From assembly GCA_041652815.1 (NCBI GenBank), contig JBAZGN010000004.1:79890-143889 (forward strand): a stretch of DNA of 64,000 bases, read 5' to 3'. Made by a program: the position numbers and the translations under genes. Source of the stretch: Candidatus Omnitrophota bacterium (GTDB lineage Bacteria > Omnitrophota > Gorgyraeia > Duberdicusellales > 4484-171). The notes below the pieces were generated by a model. That model was not told the origin of the DNA, ran no database searches, and saw only the letters and a list, made by a program, of their open reading frames with translations. The first letter of the stretch is position 1, and every line of letters starts with the position of its first letter. Of this stretch, positions 48,829 to 56,964 are shown piece by piece.

Positions 48829-49665
48829 GTGGACAAAATGGACAAAATTGGACCAAGATGGTATAGGGATGAGTCAGGTATTCACGTAGATGTCGAACTT
48901 TTGCCTGAAATAAATATCCTTGTTGAGTTTAACCTGACCGAGAACGAATACAATCAACAAATAGGTATGCTTCTTAATTGGCGTATTACTCGCATAGAAC
49001 AAGAAGCCAAACTGCATTTTGCTGAAAAGAAACCTTTCCGTGTGATAGCTGATATTGTTGGTGTCTCTAAGTCACAGGTTTGCAATGATATTGCTGATTA
49101 TCGTAGAACAATTTTAAAGAGCATCGGGCAAGATATACAAGCTAACGGGTCGGCGCTTGGTCTGTTGGTAGAATTAACTGTGCAGGTTGCGAGCAGAATA
49201 CAGCTTTATTGGGATAAGTATAACGAACTTCAGCGTTCATCGCAAGTGCTGGGAATTCTTTTAGATAGGACATATAACAGGCTTCAAAAGAATCCTAATG
49301 CGAGGGTAACGAATGCCAGCACCTTAAAGGATATAGCTCGAGAGAGACGCGCAATAGCAGAATCACAAAAGAATACCCTTGCGCAGCTTAGAGCAGAAAC
49401 CCAGCAATTGCTAAATATTTATGAGGCTTTTGGTTTGACCAGCATAGAGGCTCTCAGTTTGGTGAACACTGGCGAAGGATATCTACAACAAAAAATAGAT
49501 GAGGTTAAGAGTCTTATGCCTGTGTTAATAAAAATTATCAAGTTAGAAGTTACAGATGAGACACAAAAACGAAACATTTTCGGGAGGCTTGCAAATTTTA
49601 TTAGGGAAAATGCCCTTTCAAAACATTTAAACAATAGTGAGGTGGATTATGAATTTAGAGTATAG
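48829..49665 (+). CDS. Hypothetical protein with putative HTH
   Basis: 278 aa; RVIADIVGVSKSQVCNDI HTH-like segment. Confidence 0.35.
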   Translation: MDKMDKIGPRWYRDESGIHVDVELLPEINILVEFNLTENEYNQQIGMLLNWRITRIEQEAKLHFAEKKPFRVIADIVGVSKSQVCNDIADYRRTILKSIGQDIQANGSALGLLVELTVQVASRIQLYWDKYNELQRSSQVLGILLDRTYNRLQKNPNARVTNASTLKDIARERRAIAESQKNTLAQLRAETQQLLNIYEAFGLTSIEALSLVNTGEGYLQQKIDEVKSLMPVLIKIIKLEVTDETQKRNIFGRLANFIRENALSKHLNNSEVDYEFRV

Positions 49666-49939
49666 CCCAAAAGAAAGATACAACAAGATAGTCGAGATAT
49701 TAGCAGAGGGCGTTATTAGTCTTATCAGATACAGGTTGCGCTTATCTGCAATGTTACACAAGGGTATGAATGAATGCTTGAGTAGAATTATGGATATAAT
49801 GTCTAAGGATAAGTCAGTTAAGTCTTGTGCGATTAGTGGTTATTTTGTCGAGGCTACTATCGAGAAAAATAAACAAAAACGTTATATTGAGCCATTTGGA
49901 AAGGTTTATTCTTTTTCTCAAATGATTACACGCGATTAA
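49637..49939 (+). CDS. Hypothetical protein
   Basis: 100 aa; overlaps the previous ORF. Confidence 0.3.
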   Translation: MRWIMNLEYSPKERYNKIVEILAEGVISLIRYRLRLSAMLHKGMNECLSRIMDIMSKDKSVKSCAISGYFVEATIEKNKQKRYIEPFGKVYSFSQMITRD

Positions 49940-49953
49940 CGCGAGTATCGACA

Positions 49954-50745
49954 ATGTCTTATATTTGTAAAACAGGAAAAGGCGAAGAAGCAGACCCAAG
50001 TTTAGCCATTTTTCCAATCCTCAAAGAGGTAGATGGAAAAAGATTGGTTGTGGGCTCTGCTTTTTTTATTACTAATACGGGAATTTTTGTTACAGCAAAA
50101 CACGTTATAAAGGATGTATTCGACGAAAGAGGCAAGCAAAAATATCCAATATTTGGTTTACAAATTTTACCCGATGATAAATATATAATAAGACCAGTCC
50201 TTAGCTGTTATTCCAATACAAAATCTGATGTGGTGGTCGGTGCATTAGAGCAACAAAGGCATAAAATTACCGGTGAGCCACGATCCAATAAGCTTCTTGT
50301 TCTAACTTTAATTGAGCCAAAACAAGGGGCAAGGATAGTAACTTATGCTTATCCGGGGTCTAAAACCGAAATAGAAGGTAACGTGCAAACCCTTACATTA
50401 AAACCTGAATATTATGATGGAGTATTGGAAGATTATCTTCCGGAAGGTAGAGACAAATCAATGCTTCCTTTTCCGTGTTACAGGGGAAGTATAAGAATTA
50501 TTGGTGGGGCCAGTGGAGGTCCGGTGATGGATGAGCAAGGTCGAGTATTTGGGATAAATTGTACAGGATTCGAAGGAACGAACATCAGTTTTTTTGCCAG
50601 AATAAATGAAATTTTAGCATTGAGAGTTGACGATTTGGTGATAAATGGCGTTCACAGAGATAGTATTGATATTATTGAATTAGCTGAAAGAAAAGTAATT
50701 ATATTTGAACCGTCTTTTAAACGAAGTCAGATAATAAAAAAATAG
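49954..50745 (+). CDS. Trypsin-like (S1/chymotrypsin fold) serine peptidase
   Basis: TAKHV (His), GGASGGPV (Ser) motifs. Confidence 0.65.
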   Translation: MSYICKTGKGEEADPSLAIFPILKEVDGKRLVVGSAFFITNTGIFVTAKHVIKDVFDERGKQKYPIFGLQILPDDKYIIRPVLSCYSNTKSDVVVGALEQQRHKITGEPRSNKLLVLTLIEPKQGARIVTYAYPGSKTEIEGNVQTLTLKPEYYDGVLEDYLPEGRDKSMLPFPCYRGSIRIIGGASGGPVMDEQGRVFGINCTGFEGTNISFFARINEILALRVDDLVINGVHRDSIDIIELAERKVIIFEPSFKRSQIIKK

Positions 50746-50762
50746 TTCCCTCATTTATTTAG

Positions 50763-51026
50763 TTAAGACACGGGAAACATCCTTCTGAGATAATTAACTG
50801 GAATCCTTTCCTTCATTGATACTGGTAGGTCTTCAGGTATATAGTAAATCGGTTTTAAAATCAAACGTTTTTGTCCGTGGGCCGTTCTCAGGATATCAAA
50901 CTCAAATTCATCCGTAAATGCAGTTTGAAGAGAGAGCGTCTCGGGGAGCCATAAAAAAATTGCCCCACCCATTTTCGGGTGGGGTTTAATTTTTTTATGC
51001 TTTTTGTATAAGGCTCGAACCGTCAA
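50763..51026 (-). CDS. Hypothetical protein
   Basis: 87 aa; the only minus-strand ORF near the island right end. Confidence 0.3.
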   Translation of the reverse strand: MTVRALYKKHKKIKPHPKMGGAIFLWLPETLSLQTAFTDEFEFDILRTAHGQKRLILKPIYYIPEDLPVSMKERIPVNYLRRMFPVS

Positions 51027-51221
51027 GGGAGTTTGAGGGAAAGTATTTCCCTCAAATTATTTAAGCTTCTTCGTAAGGAAGGGGAGTGACAGGTGTGAAT
51101 CCGAAGGATGAGCCCGCCAGAGAGGGGAAACGTAGTTTCCTCTTTGTGGAGAGGAATGAGCGAAGTGAATGACGAAGGTTCGCCGAAGGGAAAGCCCTAC
51201 CCGGGGAGTTTTGACAAAAAT

Positions 51222-51248
51222 AGCCCAGCTTTATGCTGGGCTTTTTTG
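51222..51248 (+). terminator. Rho-independent terminator inside repeat copy A
   Basis: agcccagc ttta tgctgggct + tttttg; the same terminator occurs at 51972-51998 and 60273-60300. Confidence 0.6.
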
Positions 51249-51374
51249 TCAAATTGCCTTGGTAAAAGGGCGAGAACACCTGCCGAGTCTGTGTAAATTT
51301 ACTTCGTAAATTTACACAGTATCCAGCGAGGCGGGACGAGAGCCCATTCCAACTTCAAAAGACGGGGGAGTTTT

Positions 51375-51412
51375 TGACTTTTAAACCCTCTGTGATAATA
51401 TATTGCAGAGGG
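51375..51412 (+). promoter_or_regulatory. Promoter/operator module copy 1 (TTGACT-N16-TAATAT; palindrome AACCCTCTG..CAGAGGGTT around the -10)
   Basis: tttttgacttttaaaccctctgtgataatatattgcagagggtt. Confidence 0.6.
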
Positions 51413-51464
51413 TTTTTTGGTTTATTTTTTTAAAGTTAATTGGTATAAAAAAGGAGGGTTGGAT

Positions 51465-51908
51465 ATGAGAGGAAGGTGTATAATTATTTTATCCTTAGCG
51501 ATAAACCTATTTTTTTGTTTTGTTTCGTTTAGTGCGACTCTTCCTGATGAGAATGCTGCAAAAGATTTAACTAATAAAATTATGACAAAAATTGCCAACG
51601 GAGACATCGATAATGCCTTTAAGCTTATGAAGCCTTACGTCCCTATTAGTGCAACAGAAATTGATTCAGCTGCAATTCAGACGAAAGCACAATTAGAACA
51701 GTATGGGCAAAGGTATGGTGAACCGATTGGTTTTGAATTTATTGATTCAACAAAAATTGGTGATTCCGTGTTCAGATTTCGTTATCTTGCAAAAATGAAA
51801 AATAACGCTTTGCCCTGGGTTTTTATTTTTTATAAAACCACAGACGGATGGACATTGAATAACTTTAGTTGGAAGGATAGCGTAGTAAACTTATTTGAAA
51901 AGAATTAA
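51465..51908 (+). CDS. Secreted hypothetical protein
   Basis: ATG after AAGGAGGG; signal peptide MRGRCIIILSLAINLFFCFVSFSA. Confidence 0.5.
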   Translation: MRGRCIIILSLAINLFFCFVSFSATLPDENAAKDLTNKIMTKIANGDIDNAFKLMKPYVPISATEIDSAAIQTKAQLEQYGQRYGEPIGFEFIDSTKIGDSVFRFRYLAKMKNNALPWVFIFYKTTDGWTLNNFSWKDSVVNLFEKN

Positions 51909-51944
51909 CATTAGTTTCTTAACATCAACCAGTTGCTAAATTCG

Positions 51945-52200
51945 TCCAACCAGGGGAGTTTTGACAAAAATAGCCCAGCTTTATGCTGGGCTTTTTTGTC
52001 AAATTGCCTTGGTAAAAGGGCGAGAACACCTGCCGAGTCTGTGTAAATTTACGAAGTAAATTTACACAGTATCAGCGAGGCAGGTGGAGAGCCCTACCCA
52101 ACTCAACCTTAATATATGTATACAGAGAGTTGTCCCTTTAGGGGTTGGGGAGTTTTTGACTTTCTAACCCTCTGTGATAATATATTGCAGAGGGGTTTGT
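51945..52200. repeat. Long composite repeat, copy B
   Basis: Near-identical to copy C 60247-60500, including the perfect 31-nt palindrome ctgtgtaaatttacgaagtaaatttacacag (52039-52069). Confidence 0.7.
52154..52195 (+). promoter_or_regulatory. Promoter/operator module copy 2
   Basis: tttttgactttctaaccctctgtgataatatattgcagagggg. Confidence 0.6.
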
Positions 52201-52250
52201 TTACAATATAAAATACACATTATATATAGTAGAAAAACATAGGAGGTTCG

Positions 52251-53459
52251 ATGCTGAAAAAACATTTGTTATCCATAGTGGCTTTGCTGGCGATAAGCTT
52301 GAGTATGCCGCTTTCTAGGCTATGCGCTGAAGAATCAAATGGTGTTGTAGCTGCCAATAATCAATTTGCTTTTGAGCTTTATGCCAAATACAAATCAAAA
52401 GACGGAAATATTTTCTTCTCTCCTTACAGTATTTCTTCGGCATTAGCAATGACATATGAAGGCGCAAGGGGAAAGACCGCAGAGGAAATGCTGGTAGTGT
52501 TTCATTTTCCTAAGGATGGCGCTCTCCGTAGAGAAGGCTTCTTAGCCATAAATAATCAAATAAATAAGCAAGATAAAAAATATGAGCTACGTGTAGCAAA
52601 TGCTTTATGGGCAGAGAAGGATTACACATTCCTTGAGAATTATTTTAAGTTAATAAAAGATTACTATGGCGGAGGAGTGACAAATTTGGATTTTAAGTAT
52701 GACGCCGAAAATTCACGCCTTGCAATAAATACTTGGGTTGAAGAGCAAACAAATAATAAAATAAGGAATTTAATTCCTCCGGGCATAATTAATAATATGA
52801 CACGGTTAGTCCTTACTAATGCAATTTATTTTAAAGGAAAATGGCTTAAGCAGTTTGATGAAAAAAATACCATTGATGATGATTTTAGAATAAGCCCGGA
52901 GAAGTCTATTAAAGTTAAAATGATGAAATTAACCAGTAATAAACCAGATTTTAGTTATGCGGAAACAGACAAACTCCAGGTATTGGAATTACCTTATGAT
53001 GGCAAAGAGTTATCAATGTTGATACTTCTTCCCAAGGCGGGCGATTTAAAATCCGTAGAAGAATCACTAAATTCTCAAATGTTGACAGAATTAAAAAACA
53101 ACCTTTATGCAAACTACGTTGACATATTTTTACCAAAATTTAAGGTTGAAAGTAAATATTTTATGGCTGATGATCTTAAAGAAATGGGCATGCCTATGGC
53201 ATTTTCGGATAAGGATGCTGATTTTTCAGGTATGGATGGCATGAGAATTTTATTTATTGGACAAGTGATACACCAGGCTTTTGTTGAGGTGAACGAAGAA
53301 GGCACAGAGGCAGCTGCTGCAACAGCTGTAGTTATGGAATGCACGGGTATCTTTGAACGAAAAGTATTCAAAGCTGACCACCCATTTATATTTATAATTC
53401 AAGAAAAAAAATCCGGAAATATTTTATTTTTGGGAAGGGTTAATAATCCAGAAAGTTAA
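52251..53459 (+). CDS. Serpin (serine protease inhibitor), secreted
   Basis: 402 aa; signal peptide; NAIYFKGKW, reactive-centre-loop hinge EEGTEAAAATAV, C-terminal FKADHPFIFIIQE...ILFLGRVNNP serpin signature. Confidence 0.85.
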   Translation: MLKKHLLSIVALLAISLSMPLSRLCAEESNGVVAANNQFAFELYAKYKSKDGNIFFSPYSISSALAMTYEGARGKTAEEMLVVFHFPKDGALRREGFLAINNQINKQDKKYELRVANALWAEKDYTFLENYFKLIKDYYGGGVTNLDFKYDAENSRLAINTWVEEQTNNKIRNLIPPGIINNMTRLVLTNAIYFKGKWLKQFDEKNTIDDDFRISPEKSIKVKMMKLTSNKPDFSYAETDKLQVLELPYDGKELSMLILLPKAGDLKSVEESLNSQMLTELKNNLYANYVDIFLPKFKVESKYFMADDLKEMGMPMAFSDKDADFSGMDGMRILFIGQVIHQAFVEVNEEGTEAAAATAVVMECTGIFERKVFKADHPFIFIIQEKKSGNILFLGRVNNPES

Positions 53460-53470
53460 TCATGAGGTAT

Positions 53471-53505
53471 TTTTGACTTTCCAACCCTCTGTGATAATAT
53501 ATTGC
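53471..53505 (+). promoter_or_regulatory. Promoter/operator module copy 3 (right palindrome half absent)
   Basis: tttttgactttccaaccctctgtgataatatattgccagcc. Confidence 0.5.
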
Positions 53506-53564
53506 CAGCCTCGCATAGCTCGGTAGGCGGGCAGAGAGTTTCTGATTGAGGTGCAATTCAGTAT

Positions 53565-53906
53565 ATGGAAATAGTTACAAATACATTGGATCTTAATAGG
53601 CTTAGAGAGATGGCAGCTGGTATTTTTGGCAACCTAGTAAAAGCAGTTGTCGACGTTGATAAAGAACTACTCGCAGTTGACGGGGAGTTACATTCTGATT
53701 TAGAAGCGTTGTTACTTGAGAGCGGTTCAAGGCAAAAAAGCCTTTGGGGGATTAATCTTTATCCGGAGATGCAGGGGAAAGATTTTATTGAGTTTGATTC
53801 CGTGATAAATATGCGTCCTTCCCAAGATAACAGGAGCCGCGGAGTGGATGATGAACAAATACGCAAGAAAATTATAGAAGTTGTTAGCAAGAGGATTAAA
53901 CAATGA
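53565..53906 (+). CDS. Hypothetical protein
   Basis: 113 aa; 4-nt overlap with the next ORF. Confidence 0.4.
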   Translation: MEIVTNTLDLNRLREMAAGIFGNLVKAVVDVDKELLAVDGELHSDLEALLLESGSRQKSLWGINLYPEMQGKDFIEFDSVINMRPSQDNRSRGVDDEQIRKKIIEVVSKRIKQ

Positions 53907-54235
53907 GTTATCAACATAAAAGCCTTGCGGCTGGACGTTGGAAGCAATTATCATTTATTGAACAAATGGCAAACATTGGAAGCGAGGTAGAACGCGCTCT
54001 CAACTGGCAAGCTAAACATAATCCCGCCTACACGCAGCAGGCATTTGAGCGTTCTCTGGAATTAATAGATTTGACTATGGATAATTTAAAAGGGTTCCCC
54101 CGCCTTAAAGAACTCGCCCGTTTACGAGAAGCAATCGTGGATTATTTTTTTGGAGAAAACCAGTTTAAATTTACTGATAAATCTTTAAGGGGTTATTTCC
54201 TAAATTTTATATTTGCAGCCCGCAGGAACCATTAG
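53903..54235 (+). CDS. Hypothetical protein
   Basis: 110 aa; ATGA overlap with the upstream ORF. Confidence 0.4.
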   Translation: MSYQHKSLAAGRWKQLSFIEQMANIGSEVERALNWQAKHNPAYTQQAFERSLELIDLTMDNLKGFPRLKELARLREAIVDYFFGENQFKFTDKSLRGYFLNFIFAARRNH

Positions 54236-54333
54236 CGCTGTTAAACAGCATAACACATTTTTTTGTTTTATTCAGACTCACCAAAAAAAATCGAGCTCAA
54301 TAGACAATATAGATATTTTTCCCAATAGGGCAT

Positions 54334-54375
54334 TTTGACTTTTCAACCCTCTATGATAATAAATTGCAGAGGGTT
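54334..54375 (+). promoter_or_regulatory. Promoter/operator module copy 4
   Basis: attttgacttttcaaccctctatgataataaattgcagagggtt. Confidence 0.55.
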
Positions 54376-54416
54376 TTTTCTTTGGGATAAAATAATAAAG
54401 AAGATGGAGGTAGATT

Positions 54417-54653
54417 TTGATAGGTATCAGCTTACCGCAGGCTGACGATTTTAGTGCAGCAAAAATCTTCGCTTGCTTTATTTTTAGTACGATTGGGTTT
54501 GCTGTTTTTGTGTATGGTAAAAAAAATAAATTATTGCGGCCTATGATTATCGGGGCTGCCTTAATGGTGTATCCCTATTTTTTCTCAGAAACGCTTGTCA
54601 TTTATCTTGTCGGTATTGCCCTTACCGTGGCATTGTATTTCTGGCGGGAGTAG
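54417..54653 (+). CDS. Small 2-TM membrane protein
   Basis: 78 aa; followed by terminator 54692-54717. Confidence 0.4.
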   Translation: MIGISLPQADDFSAAKIFACFIFSTIGFAVFVYGKKNKLLRPMIIGAALMVYPYFFSETLVIYLVGIALTVALYFWRE

Positions 54654-54691
54654 ACAGAAGCAATTTAAATAATAATAGCCAATAAAAAAAT

Positions 54692-54717
54692 GCCCGTCTT
54701 TTTGACGGGCTTTTTTA
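54692..54717 (+). terminator. Rho-independent terminator
   Basis: gcccgtc tttttg acgggc + ttttttat. Confidence 0.65.
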
Positions 54718-54845
54718 TCGTTGTCCTCTGGCGGCGAGAGTTTTTTGGCGATAGCCAAGGTTAAGTAAGGGTAATTCTCGTAGCAATCGCAGGCATGTCT
54801 CTGTTCTTTACGCGGAAGTTCCCGCTATTTCAACGAAAAATTTTG

Positions 54846-54872
54846 ATTTTGACGAAATCTTGTGATAATATT
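54846..54872 (+). promoter_or_regulatory. Degenerate promoter/operator module copy 5 (TTGACG..TGTGATAATATTG)
   Basis: ttttgacgaaatcttgtgataatattgtgg just upstream of the ORF start. Confidence 0.4.
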
Positions 54873-56706
54873 GTGGCATATGAAAATAAGCTATAAAAGC
54901 TTATTTGTAACGATTGTTTTTCTGGCTTTTCTGGCAAGCGGACTGTTAGCCGATTCCTATGCCGACTCTGGGTCATATAAAAAACCCGTATATAAAATAA
55001 AACCCACTTACAAGAAACCACCCTCTACAGGCGGAGCAACGGTTTATCCGACTACAACAACTTCGCCTGAAACGCCTGTATATACAACAAAACCTACTTA
55101 CAAGAAACCACCTTCTACAGGCGGATCAACTGTTTACCCAACTACAACAACTTATCCTGAAAATCCAGTATATACAATAAACCCTAACTATAAGAAGCCA
55201 CCCGCTACAGGCGGAGCAACGGTTTATCCTCCTGCTACAACTTCGCCTGAAACGCCTGTATATATAATAAAGCCTACTTATCCGCTTCCTTCATTTTCGC
55301 CTTCGCTGCCTTCACAGCCGCAGCAGCAGGAAGACGAGCCAGAGCTTGGCCGGACACAGCATGCGCTTGGTCTTGGTGTCTTTAGTGACGCGTGGGACTA
55401 CGTCTCAGGTAAGGCAAGCGATGGTTATGATGCTTTAAGAGACCTCGCCGAAGGCGGTTATGATAGAGCTAGGGATGCTGCTAGCGACACCGGAAATTGG
55501 TTTTCGGATTGGTTTACGGATCCTGTGGGGGCGTCTAATGATTTGTTTAACGCGGCGGTTGATACGTTTCAGGATTTTTTAAACGGAGTCGCGGATTTCG
55601 GGCAAAGCATTTTTAACGGAGCAGTCGATGCATCTCAATATATCGGCAATCGTTTCGTAGATTTTTTCCAGGATATAACCGGCATTGACGGATTTGTAGA
55701 CAGGGCGCAGGGTTGGGCGAATGACGCTACAGACGCGATTCAGGATGGTATTAATGACTTTATAGATTCAGCGCAGGCTGTGCAAAATGACGCTATTGAT
55801 GCTGCTCAGGATGGTGCAAACAGCGTTTTTGATTCCATATATGATGCCGCAAGAAACGCCAGAGAAGCCTTTGAAGACGCGATTGATGCGGCACTGGGAC
55901 GAAACAGAGGGCAGACCGGAGCAGGCAGTCAGGGTGCTGAACCAGCCGTCGGACCCGAAGAAGAAGCGCCTTCTGGACAAGGACCTGCTGGACAAGGACC
56001 TGCTGGACAAGGACCTGCTGGACAAGGACCTGCTGGACAAGGACCTGCTGGACAAGGACCTGCTGGACAAGGACCTGCTGGACAAGGACCTGATGGACAA
56101 GGACCTGCTGGACAAGGACCTGCTGGACAAGGACCTGCTGGACAAGGACCTGCTGGACAAGGACCTGCTGGACAAGGACCTGCTGGACAAGGACTTCCTA
56201 ATCAGCCACCCGCTCAGATTATCGTTCCTAACGCTCCGGTCCAAGTTCTCCCAGGCCAGCCTGTGACAACTCAGACAACCGCCATTCCGAACGCGAGTTC
56301 TGGAGCGCAGCAGATTTCAAAACAGCCGGGAAGTGCGGAGTCATTAACGCCGCATCCTGAAAGGCTTCTCGTAAAAAAAGCAAGGCCGGCAACTCCTGCG
56401 TGGATTTTACTTCTATTATATGCCTACATGGCAATGTGCTTACAGCGTATCGCCAAAAAAACCGCTACGTCGAAGGGATGGTTAGCATGGGTGCCTTTTG
56501 TTAATTTGTATTTATCCTGTAAGATCGCACGAAAGCCTGGCTGGACGACATTATTTTTCTTTATTCCGGTTATGAATATAGTGATGGCAATTATCGTAAG
56601 TATCGGTATTGCCAAAGCGAGGGGTAAGCCTGGCTGGCTAGGCCTTTTTTCGTTCATTCCTGTAGCCAATCTTATACTGCCGGCATATCTGGCCCTTTCC
56701 AGGTAG
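54862..56706 (+). CDS. Secreted repeat protein: Pro-rich YKKPPSTGG-TVYPTTTTSPETPVYT repeats, D/A-rich region, ~13x GQGPAG collagen-like repeats, C-terminal 2-TM W..W.P..N domain
   Basis: 614 aa; signal peptide; 18-bp DNA tandem repeats at 55966-56202; C-terminus homologous to ORF 20378..21109. Confidence 0.6.
   Translation: MIILWHMKISYKSLFVTIVFLAFLASGLLADSYADSGSYKKPVYKIKPTYKKPPSTGGATVYPTTTTSPETPVYTTKPTYKKPPSTGGSTVYPTTTTYPENPVYTINPNYKKPPATGGATVYPPATTSPETPVYIIKPTYPLPSFSPSLPSQPQQQEDEPELGRTQHALGLGVFSDAWDYVSGKASDGYDALRDLAEGGYDRARDAASDTGNWFSDWFTDPVGASNDLFNAAVDTFQDFLNGVADFGQSIFNGAVDASQYIGNRFVDFFQDITGIDGFVDRAQGWANDATDAIQDGINDFIDSAQAVQNDAIDAAQDGANSVFDSIYDAARNAREAFEDAIDAALGRNRGQTGAGSQGAEPAVGPEEEAPSGQGPAGQGPAGQGPAGQGPAGQGPAGQGPAGQGPAGQGPDGQGPAGQGPAGQGPAGQGPAGQGPAGQGPAGQGLPNQPPAQIIVPNAPVQVLPGQPVTTQTTAIPNASSGAQQISKQPGSAESLTPHPERLLVKKARPATPAWILLLLYAYMAMCLQRIAKKTATSKGWLAWVPFVNLYLSCKIARKPGWTTLFFFIPVMNIVMAIIVSIGIAKARGKPGWLGLFSFIPVANLILPAYLALSR
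55966..56202 (+). repeat. 18-bp tandem repeat (ggacctgctggacaagga) x~13 inside a CDS, encoding (GQGPAG)n
   Basis: Near-perfect copies with one GAT variant. Confidence 0.8.
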
Positions 56707-56774
56707 CGCAAAGAATAAGGGGCAAGTTGTGCTAGTTCGATAATTCGTTAACTCCGTTTCCCCAAACATCAACC

Positions 56775-56858
56775 AGTTGCGAAATTCGTCTAATGAGCCA
56801 GCATCTTTTGAAGCTGAAGGCGCACAAAAGTGCGTTGGCGAATTATCCCCGAAGGGGA
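56775..56858 (+). repeat. ~85-nt repeated leader element (copy 1)
   Basis: agttgcgaaattcgtctaatgagccagcatcttttgaagctgaaggcgcacaaaagtgcgttggcgaattatccccgaaggggac is identical at 61751-61834. Confidence 0.7.
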
Positions 56859-56873
56859 CTACTATGTCAGTTT

Positions 56874-56913
56874 TTGACTTTCCAACCCTTTGTGATAATA
56901 TATCACAAAGGGT
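56874..56913 (+). promoter_or_regulatory. Promoter/operator module copy 6 (extended perfect palindrome ccctttgtgata-ata-tatcacaaaggg)
   Basis: tttttgactttccaaccctttgtgataatatatcacaaagggtt. Confidence 0.6.
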
Positions 56914-56964
56914 TTTTATTTTAAGTCAAATAGGAGGATCATAGAATTAGATAAAGGATTAGGC

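Larger units (their letters stand above)
38476..51208. mobile_element. ~12.7 kb integrated island at the 3' end of the intron-containing tRNA, bounded by a 15-bp direct repeat gccctacccggggag
   Basis: The repeat occurs at 38476-38490 (tRNA 3' end) and 51194-51208; a large serine recombinase abuts the tRNA; the gene content is non-housekeeping. Confidence 0.65.
51194..51420. repeat. Long composite repeat, copy A (att-like core + terminator + perfect palindrome + promoter/operator)
   Basis: Shares about 130 nt (ggggagttttgacaaaaatagcccagc...cacagtatccagcgaggc) with copies at 51945-52200 and 60247-60500. Confidence 0.7.

Noticed and set aside
51061-51296. ORFs 51061..51279 (-) and 51108..51296 (+)
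   Set aside because: They lie in the att/repeat region containing the terminator hairpin, overlap each other on both strands, and have no RBS
55966-56202. Regular 18-bp direct repeats, possible CRISPR array
   Set aside because: The repeats are contiguous with no spacers, lie in-frame within a CDS encoding GQGPAG, and no cas genes are nearby
55768-56266. ORFs 55768..56244 (-) and 55787..56266 (+) with RSLSS / LLDKD repeats
   Set aside because: They are alternative-frame readings of the 18-bp tandem repeat inside the 614-aa collagen-like protein gene
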